Positions 54,701 to 64,000 of a stretch of 64,000 nucleotides of DNA are shown here, one piece after another. A program made the translations under genes and the position numbers. The notes under the pieces are model-generated. The model worked only from the letters and a program-made list of their open reading frames with translations, was not told the DNA's origin and did no database searches. Each line of letters opens with the position of its first letter. The first letter of the stretch is position 1. The stretch lies in the NCBI RefSeq assembly GCF_009914755.1, contig NC_060943.1; one strand, given 5' to 3'. The stretch is from the human T2T-CHM13v2.0 reference genome, Homo sapiens.

Positions 54701-57700
54701 AGTGGAGATTTCAGCCGCTTTGAGGTCAATGGTAGAATAGGAAATATCTTCCTATAGAAACTAGACAGAATGATTCTCAGAAACTCCTTTGTGATGTGTG
54801 CGTTCAACTCACAGAGTTTAACCTTTCTTTTCATAGAGCAGTTAGGAAACACTCTGTTTGTAAAGTCTGCAAGTGGATATTCAGACATCCTTGAGGCTTT
54901 CGTTGGAAACGGGATTTCTTCATATTCTGCTAGAAAGAAGAATTCTCAGTAACTTCCTTGTGTTGTGTGTATTCAACTCACAGAGTTGAACGATCCTTTA
55001 CACAGAGCAGACTTGAAACACTCCTTTTGTGGAATTTGCAAGTGGAGATTTCAGCCGCTTTGAGGTCAATGGTAGAATAGGAAATATCTTCCTATAGAAA
55101 CTAGACAGAATGATTCTCAGAAACTCCTTTGTGATGTGTGCGTTCAACTCACAGAGTTTAACCTTTCTTTTCATAGAGCAGTTAGGAAACACTCTGTTTG
55201 TAAAGTCTGCAAGTGGATATTCAGACATCCTTGAGGCTTTCGTTGGAAACGGGATTTCTTCATATTCTGCTAGAAAGAAGAATTCTCAGTAACTTCCTTG
55301 TGTTGTGTGTATTCAACTCACCGAGTTGCACGATCCTTTACACAGAGCAGACTTGAAACACTCTTTTTGTGGAATTTGCAAGTGGAGATTTCAGCCGCTT
55401 TGAGGTCAATGGTAGAATAGGAAATATCTTCCTATAGAAACTAGACAGAATGATTCTCAGAAACTTCTTTGTGATGTGTGCGTTCAACTCACAGAGTTTA
55501 ACCTTTCTTTTCATAGAGCAGTTAGGAAACACTCTGTTTGTAAAGTCTGCAAGTGGATATTCAGACCTCCTTGAGGCCTTCGTTGGAAGCGGGATTTCTT
55601 CATGTTCTGCTAGACAGAAGAATTCTCAGAAACTTCCTTGTGTTGTGTGTTTTCAACTCACAGAGTTGAACGATCCTTTACACAGAGCAGACTTGAAACA
55701 CTCCTTTTGTGGAATTTGCAAGTGGAGATTTCAGCCGCTTTGAGGTCAATGGTAGAATAGGAAATATCTTCCTATAGAAAGTAGACAGAATGATTCTCAG
55801 AAACTCCTTTGTGATGTGTGCGTTCAACTCACAGAGTTTAACCTTTCTTTTCATAGAGCAGTTAGGAAACACTCTGTCTGTAAAGTCTGCAAGTGGATAT
55901 TCAGACCTCCTTGAGGCCTTCGTTGGAAGCGGGATTTCTTCATGTTCTGCTAGACAGAAGAATTCTCAGAAACTTCCTTGTGTTGTGTGTTTTCAACTCA
56001 CAGAGTTGAACGATCCTTTACACAGAGCAGACTTGAAACACTCTTTTTGTGGAATTTGCAAGTGGAGATTTCAGCCGCTTTGAGTTCAATGGTAGAATAG
56101 GAAATATCTTCCTATAGAAACTAGACAGAATGATTCTCAGAAACTCCTTTGTGATGTGTGCGTTCAACTCACAGAGTTCAACCTTTCTTTCCATAGAGCA
56201 GTTGGGAAACACTCTGTTTGTAAAGTCTGCAAGTGGATATTCAGACTTCTTTGAGGCCTTCGTTGGAAGCGGGATTTCTTCATATTCTGCTAGACAGAAG
56301 AATTCTCAGTAACTGCCTTGTGTTGTGTGTATTCAACTCACAGAGTTGAACGATCCTTTACACAGAGCAGACTTGAAACACTCTTTTTGTGGAATTTGCA
56401 AGTGGAGATTTCAGCCGCTTTGAGTTCAATGGTAGAATAGGAAATATCTTCCTATAGAAACTAGACAGAATGATTCTCAGAAACTCCTTTGTGATGTGTG
56501 CGTTCAACTCACAGAGTTCAACCTTTCTTTTCATAGAGCAGTTGGGAAACACTCTGTTTGTAAAGTCTGCAAGTGGATATTCAGACTTCTTTGAGGCCTT
56601 CGTTGGAAGCGGGATTTCTTCATATTCTGCTAGACAGAAGAATTCTCAGTAACTGCCTTGTGTTGTGTGTATTCAACTCACAGAGTTGAACGATCCTTTA
56701 CACAGAGCAGACTTGAAACACTCTTTTTGTGGAATTTGCAAGTGGAGATTTCAGCCGCTTTGAGGTCAATGGTAGAATAGGAAATATCTTCCTATAGAAA
56801 CTAGACAGAATGATTCTCAGAAACTCCTTTGTGATGTGTGCGTTCAACTCACAGAGTTTACCCTTTCTTTTCATAGAGCAGTTAGGAAACACTCTGTTTG
56901 TAAAGTCTGCAAGTGGATATTCAGACATCCTTGAGGCTTTCGTTGGAAACGGGATTTCTTCATATTCTGCCAGAAAGAAGAATTCTCAGTAACTTCCTTG
57001 TGTTGTGTGTATTCAACTCACAGAGTTGAACGATCCTTTACACAGAGCAGACTTGAAACACTCTTTTTGTGGAATTTGCAAGTGGAGATTTCAGCCGCTT
57101 TGAGGTCAATGGTAGAATAGGAAATATCTTCCTATAGAAACTAGACAGAATGATTCTCAGAAACTCCTTTGTGATGTGTGCGTTCAACTCACAGAGTTTA
57201 ACCTTTCTTTTCATAGAGCAGTTAGGAAACACTCTGTTTGTACAGTCTGCAAGTGGATATTCAGACATCCTTGAGGCTTTCGTTGGAAACGGGATTTCTT
57301 CATATTCTGCTAGAAAGAAGAATTCTCAGTAACTTCCTTGTGTTGTGTGTATTCAACTCACAGAGTTGAACGATCCTTTACACAGAGCAGACTTGAAACA
57401 CTCTTTTTGTGGAATTTGCAAGTGGAGATTTCAGCCGCTGTGAGGTCAATGGTAGAATAGGAAATATCTTCCTATAGAAACTAGACAGAATGATTCTCAG
57501 AAACTCCTTTGTGATGTGTGCGTTCAACTAACAGAGTTTAACCTTTCTTTTCATAGAGCAGTTGGGAAACACTCTGTTTGTAAAGTCTGCAAGTGGATAT
57601 TCAGACATCCTTGAGGCTTTCGTTGGAAACGGGATTTCTTCATATTCTGCTAGAAAGAAGAATTCTCAGTAACTTCCTCGTGTTGTGTGTATTCAACTCA

Positions 57701-60549
57701 CAGAGTTGAACGATCCTTTACACAGAGCAGACTTGAAACACTCTTTTTGTGGAATTTGCAAGTGGAGATTTCAGCCGCTTTGAGGTCAATTGTAGAATAG
57801 GAAATATCTTCCTATAGAAACTAGACAGAATGATTCTCAGAAACTCCTTTGTGATGTGTGCGTTCAACTCACACAGTTTAACCTTTCTTTTCATAGAGCA
57901 GTTAGGAAACACTCTGTTTGTAAAGTCTGCAAGTGGATATTCAGACCTCCTTGAGGCCTTCGTTGGAAACGGGATTTCTTCATATTATGCTAGACAGAAG
58001 AATTCTCAGTAACTTCCTTGTGTTGTGTGTATACAACTCACAGAGTTGAACGATCCTTTACACAGAGCAGACTTGAGACACTCTTTTTGTGGAATTTGCA
58101 AGTGGAGATTTCAGCCGCTTTGAGTTCAATGGTAGAATAGGAAATATCTTCCTATAGAAACTAGACAGAATGATTCTCAGAAACTCCTTTGTGATGTGTG
58201 CGTTCAACTCACAGAGTTCAACCTTTCTTTTCATAGAGCAGTTGGGAAACACTCTGTTTGTAAAGTCTGCAAGTGGATATTCAGACTTCTTTGAGGCCTT
58301 CGTTGGAAGCGGGATTTCTTCAAATTCTGCTAGACAGAAGAATTCTCAGAAACTTCCTTGTGTTGTGTGTTTTCAACTCACAGAGTTGAACGATCCTTTA
58401 CACAGAGCAGACTTGAAACACTCCTTTTGTGGAATTTGCAAGTGGAGATTTCAGCCGCTTTGAGGTCAATGGTAGAATAGGAAATATCTTCCTATAGAAA
58501 GTAGACAGAATGATTCTCAGAAACTCCTTTGTGATGTGTGCGTTCAACTCACAGAGTTTAACCTTTCTTTTCATAGAGCAGTTAGGAAACACTCTGTTTG
58601 TAAAGTCTGCAAGTGGATATTCAGACCTCCTTGAGGCCTTCGTTGGAAACGGGATTTCTTCATATTATGCTAGACAGAAGAATTCTCAGTAACTTCCTTG
58701 TGTTGTGTGTATTCAACTCACAGAGTTGAACGATCCTTTACACAGAGCAGACTTGAAACACTCTTTTTGTGGAATTTGCAAGTGGAGATTTCAGCCGCTT
58801 TGAGTTCAATGGTAGAATAGGAAATATCTTCCTATAGAAACTAGACAGAATGATTCTCAGAAACTCCTTTGTGATGTGTGCGTTCAACTCACAGAGTTCA
58901 ACCTTTCTTTTCATAGAGCAGTTGGGAAACACTCTGTTTGTAAAGTCTGCAAGTGGATATTCAGACTTCTTTGAGGCCTTCGTTGGAAGCGGGATTTCTT
59001 CATATTCTGCTAGACAGAAGAATTCTCAGTAACTTCCTTGTGTTGTGTGTATTCAACTCACAGAGTTGAACGATCCTTTACACAGAGCAGACTTGAAACA
59101 CTCTTTTTGTGGAATTTGCAAGTGGAGATTTCAGCCGCTTTGAGGTCAATGGTAGAATAGGAAATATCTTCCTATAGAAACTAGACAGAATGATTCTCAG
59201 AAACTCCTTTGTGATGTGTGCGTTCAACTCACAGAGTTTAACCTTTCTTTTCATAGAGCAGTTAGGAAACACTCTGTTTGTAAAGTCTGCAAGTGGATAT
59301 TCAGACATCCTTGAGGCTTTCGTTGGAAACGGGATTTCTTCATATTCTGCTAGAAAGAAGAATTCTCAGTAACTTCCTTGTGTTGTGTGTATTCAACTCA
59401 CAGAGTTGAACGATCCTTTACACAGAGCAGACTTGAAACACTCCTTTTGTGGAATTTGCAAGTGGAGATTTCAGCCGCTTTGAGGTCAAAGGTAGAATAG
59501 GAAATATCTTCCTATAGAAACTAGACAGAATGATTCTCAGAAACTCCTTTGTGATGTGTGCGTTCAACTCACAGAGTTTAACCTTTCTTTTCATAGAGCA
59601 GTTGGGAAACACTCTGTTTGTAAAGTCTGCAAGTGGATATTCAGACTTCTTTGAGGCTTTCGTTGGAAACGGGATTTCTTCATATTCTGCTAGAAAGAAG
59701 AATTCTCAGTAACTTCCTTGTGTTGTGTGTATTCAACTCACAGAGTTGCACGATCCTTTACACAGAGCAGACTTGAAACACTCTTTTTGTGGAATTTGCA
59801 AGTGGAGATTTCAGCCGCTTTGAGGTCAATGGTAGAATAGGAAATATCTTCCTATAGAAACTAGACAGAATGATTCTCAGAAACTCCTTTGTGATGTGTG
59901 TGTTCAACTCACAGAGTTCAACCTTTCTTTTCATTGAGCAGTTGGGAAACACTCTGTTTGTAAAGTCTGCAAGTGGATATTCAGACTTCTTTGAGGCCTT
60001 CGTTGGAAGCGGGATTTCTTCATATTCTGCTAGACAGAAGAATTCTCAGTAACTGCCTTGTGTTGTGTGTATTCAACTCACAGAGTTGAACGATCCTTTA
60101 CACAGAGCAGACTTGAAACACTCTTTTTGTGGAATTTGCAAGTGGAGATTTCAGCCGCTTTGAGGTCAATGGTAGAATAGGAAATATCTTCCTATAGAAA
60201 CTAGACAGAATGATTCTCAGAAACTCCTTTGTGATGTGTGCGTTCAACTCACAGAGTTTACCCTTTCTTTTCATAGAGCAGTTAGGAAACACTCTGTTTG
60301 TAAAGTCTGCAAGTGGATATTCAGACATCCTTGAGGCTTTCGTTGGAAACGGGATTTCTTCATATTCTGCCAGAAAGAAGAATTCTCAGTAACTTCCTTG
60401 TGTTGTGTGTATTCAACTCACAGAGTTGAACGATCCTTTACACAGAGCAGACTTGAAACACTCTTTTTGTGGAATTTGCAAGTGGAGATTTCAGCCGCTG
60501 TGAGGTCAATGGTAGAATAGGAAATATCTTCCTATAGAAACTAGACAGA
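51710..60549 (+). repeat. Local duplication: 51710-54400 approx. 57490-60520 (offsets 5780 then 6120); partial third copy at 62587-64000
   Basis: Shared caactaacag (51750/57530), cctcg (51899/57679), caaattctgc (52203/58323), gtcaaaggt (53370/59490/63227), tgtgtgttc (53781/59901/63638) and tcattgag (53815/59935/63672). Confidence 0.85.
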
Positions 60550-63500
60550 ATGATTCTCAGAAACTCCTTTGTGATGTGTGCGTTCAACTCACAGAGTTTA
60601 ACCTTTCTTTTCATAGAGCAGTTGGGAAACACTCTGTTTGTAAAGTCTGCAAGTGGATATTCAGACATCCTTGAGGCTTTCGTTGGAAACGGGATTTCTT
60701 CATATTCTGCTAGAAAGAAGAATTCTCAGTAACTTCCTTGTGTTGTGTGTATTCAACTCACAGAGTTGAACGATCCTTTACACAGAGCAGACTTGAAACA
60801 CTCTTTTTGTGGAATTTGCAAGTGGAGATTTCAGCCGCTTTGAGTTCAATGGTAGAATAGGAAATATCTTCCTATAGAAACTAGACAGAATGATTCTCAG
60901 AAACTCCTTTGTGATGTGTGCGTTCAACTCACAGAGTTCAACCTTTCTTTTCATAGAGCAGTTGGGAAACACTCTGTTTGTAAAGTCTGCAAGTGGATAT
61001 TCAGACTTCTTTGAGGCCTTCGTTGGAAGCGGGATTTCTTCATGTTCTGCTAGACAGAAGAATTCTCAGAAACTTCCTTGTGTTGTGTGTTTTCAACTCA
61101 CAGAGTTGAACGATCCTTTACACAGAGCAGACTTGAAACACTCCTTTTGTGGAATTTGCAAGTGGAGATTTCAGCCGCTTTGAGGTCAATGGTAGAATAG
61201 GAAATATCTTCCTATAGAAAGTAGACAGAATGATTCTCAGAAACTCCTTTGTGATGTGTGCGTTCAACTCACAGAGTTTAACCTTTCTTTTCATAGAGCA
61301 GTTAGGAAACACTCTGTTTGTAAAGTCTGCAAGTGGATATTCAGACTTCCTTGAGGCCTTCGTTGGAAACGGGATTTCTTCATATTCTGCTAGACAGAAG
61401 AATTCTCAGTAACTTCCTTGTGTTGTGTGTATTCAACTCACAGAGTTGAACGATCCTTTACACAGAGCAGACTTGAAACACTCTTTTTGTGGAATTTGCA
61501 AGTGGAGATTTCAGCCGCTGTGAGTTCAATGGTAGAATAGGAAATATCTTCCTATAGAAACTAGACAGAATGATTCTCAGAAACTCCTTTGTGATGTGTG
61601 CCTTCAACTCACAGAGTTCAACCTTTCTTTTCATAGAGCAGTTGGGAAACACTCTGTTTGTAAAGTCTGCAAGTGGATATTCAGACTTTGAGGCCTTCGT
61701 TGGAAGCGGGATTTCTTCATATTCTGCTAGACAGAAGAATTCTCAGTAACTGCCTTGTGTTGTGTGTATTCAACTCACAGAGTTGAACGATCCTTTACAC
61801 AGAGCAGACTTGAAACACTCTTTTTGTGGAATTTGCAAGTGGAGATTTCAGCCGCTTTGAGGTCAATGGTAGAATAGGAAATATCTTCCTATAGAAACTA
61901 GACAGAATGATTCTCAGAAACTCCTTTGTGATGTGTGCGTTCAACTCACAGAGTTAAACCTTTCTTTTCATAGAGCAGTTAGGAAACACTCTGTTTGTAA
62001 AGTCTGCAAGTGGATATTCAGACATCCTTGAGGCTTTCGTTGGAAACGGGATTTCTTCATATTCTGCTAGAAAGAAGAATTCTCAGTAACTTCCTTGTGT
62101 TGTGTGTATTCAACTCACAGAGTTGAACGATCCTTTACACAGAGCAGACTTGAAACACTCCTTTTGTGGAATTTGCAAGTGGAGGTTTCAGCCGCTTTGA
62201 GGTCAATGGTAGAATAGGAAATATCTTCCTATAGAAACTAGACAGAATGATTCTCAGAAACTCCTTTGTGATGTGTGCGTTCAACTCACAGAGTTTAACC
62301 TTTCTTTTCATAGAGCAGTTAGGAAACACTCTGTTTGTAAAGTCTGCAAGTGGATATTCAGACATCCTTGAGGCTTTCGTTGGAAACGGGATTTCTTCAT
62401 ATTCTGCTAGAAAGAAGAATTCTCAGTAACTTCCTTGTGTTGTGTGTATTCAACTCACAGAGTTGCACGATCCTTTACACAGAGCAGACTTGAAACACTC
62501 TTTTTGTGGAATTTGCAAGTGGTGATTTCAGCCGCTTTGAGGTCAATGGTAGAATAGGAAATATCTTCCTATAGAAACTAGACAGAATGATTCTCAGAAA
62601 CTCCTTTGTGATGTGTGCGTTCAACTCACAGAGTTCAACCTTTCTTTTCATAGAGCAGTTGGGAAACACTCTGTTTGTAAAGTCTGCAAGTGGATATTCA
62701 GACTTCTTTGAGGCCTTCGTTGGAAGCGGGATTTCTTCATATTCTGCTAGACAGAAGAATTCTCAGTAACTTCCTTGTGTTGTGTGTATTCAACTCACAG
62801 AGTTGAACGATCCTTTACACAGAGCAGACTTGAAACACTCTTTTTGTGGAATTTGCAAGTGGAGATTTCAGCCGCTTTGAGGTCAATGGTAGAATAGGAA
62901 ATATCTTCCTATAGAAACTAGACAGAATGATTCTCAGAAACTCCTTTGTGATGTGTGCGTTCAACTCACAGAGTTTAACCTTTCTTTTCATAGAGCAGTT
63001 AGGAAACACTCTGTTTGTAAAGTCTGCAAGTGGATATTCAGACATCCTTGAGGCTTTCGTTGGAAACGGGATTTCTTCATATTCTGCTAGAAAGAAGAAT
63101 TCTCAGTAACTTCCTTGTGTTGTGTGTATTCAACTCACAGAGTTGAACGATCCTTTACACAGAGCAGACTTGAAACACTCCTTTTGTGGAATTTGCAAGT
63201 GGAGATTTCAGCCGCTTTGAGGTCAAAGGTAGAATAGGAAATATCTTCCTATAGAAACTAGACAGAATGATTCTCAGAAACTCCTTTGTGATGTGTGCGT
63301 TCAACTCACAGAGTTTAACCTTTCTTTTCATAGAGCAGTTGGGAAACACTCTGTTTGTAAAGTCTGCAAGTGGATATTCAGACTTCTTTGAGGCTTTCGT
63401 TGGAAACGGGATTTCTTCATATTCTGCTAGAAAGAAGAATTCTCAGTAACTTCCTTGTGTTGTGTGTATTCAACTCACAGAGTTGCACGATCCTTTACAC

Positions 63501-64000
63501 AGAGCAGACTTGAAACACTCTTTTTGTGGAATTTGCAAGTGGAGATTTCAGCCGCTTTGAGGTCAATGGTAGAATAGGAAATATCTTCCTATAGAAACTA
63601 GACAGAATGATTCTCAGAAACTCCTTTGTGATGTGTGTGTTCAACTCACAGAGTTCAACCTTTCTTTTCATTGAGCAGTTGGGAAACACTCTGTTTGTAA
63701 AGTCTGCAAGTGGATATTCAGACTTCTTTGAGGCCTTCGTTGGAAGCGGGATTTCTTCATATTCTGCTAGACAGAAGAATTCTCAGTAACTGCCTTGTGT
63801 TGTGTGTATTCAACTCACAGAGTTGAACGATCCTTTACACAGAGCAGACTTGAAACACTCTTTTTGTGGAATTTGCAAGTGGAGATTTCAGCCGCTTTGA
63901 GGTCAATGGTAGAATAGGAAATATCTTCCTATAGAAACTAGACAGAATGATTCTCAGAAACTCCTTTGTGATGTGTGCGTTCAACTCACAGAGTTTACCC

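Larger units (their letters stand above)
1..64000 (+). repeat. Alpha-satellite (alphoid) centromeric higher-order repeat array; ~188 tandem 340-bp SF1-type (J1/J2) dimers, most like D1Z7/D5Z2/D19Z3 (S1C1/5/19H1L)
   Basis: Exact 340-bp periodicity (ORF starts at 40, 380, 720, ...). Each unit has two related ~170-bp monomers with alphoid motifs (ttctcagaaact..tttgtgatgtgtg..ttcaactcacagagtt..aaacactct..tgcaagtgga). There is one EcoRI site per dimer, and CENP-B box and A-type monomers alternate. Copies differ by only a few SNPs. The family call comes from recalled consensus and was not checked by a search; the chromosome (1, 5 or 19) cannot be fixed by eye. Confidence 0.97.

Noticed and set aside
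40-63789. Hundreds of 60-102 aa ORFs on both strands (MILRNSFVMC..., MFPNCSMKRK..., MSEYPLADF...)
   Set aside because: They recur every 340 bp as by-products of the satellite. Their length depends on one SNP (cagt-aac stop versus caga-aac), they are freely broken by substitutions and indels, and they have no recognisable domain or gene context.
1-64000. CRISPR-like repeat-spacer array
   Set aside because: There are no unique spacers. The entire 340 bp is repeated and no cas genes are present.
1-64000. Embedded transposon (L1/Alu), inversion or non-alphoid insert
   Set aside because: The ORF register and direct reading show continuous same-strand dimers. The only register shifts are 1-3 bp deletions.
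1-64000. Dimer-type order as an information-bearing code or novel biological system
   Set aside because: The order is adequately explained by nested duplication, deletion and conversion. Nothing in the sequence supports a function for the order itself.
1-64000. Assignment to a specific chromosome or to the active kinetochore (CENP-A) domain
   Set aside because: Chromosomes 1, 5 and 19 share this HOR family, and kinetochore position is epigenetic. Neither can be read from this sequence without mapping and chromatin data.

Overview
The whole 64 kb window is one uninterrupted, head-to-tail primate (almost certainly human) centromeric alpha-satellite array. The basic unit is a 340-bp dimer (169 + 171 bp between equivalent motifs) with one EcoRI site (GAATTC at 210, 550, ...), one CENP-B box (first at 168-184, about 188 in total) and one pJalpha/A-type box. 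This fits a live suprachromosomal family 1 (J1/J2) higher-order repeat array, most like the D1Z7/D5Z2/D19Z3 type on chromosomes 1/5/19. I see no genes, RNA genes, transposons, inversions or CRISPR arrays, and the short ORFs simply repeat with the satellite. The informative structure is hidden in the SNP haplotypes. The dimers fall into a few types (I, L, F, C and hybrids) arranged in nested local duplications, including a recurrent 11-dimer (~3.74 kb) spacing and long-range copies at 17, 21 and 50 kb. Six CENP-B boxes have lost essential bases, there is one duplicated divergent patch, and all six indels are deletions lying after 35 kb. I find no evidence for a novel protein-coding system. All variant calls were made by eye and should be confirmed by alignment.
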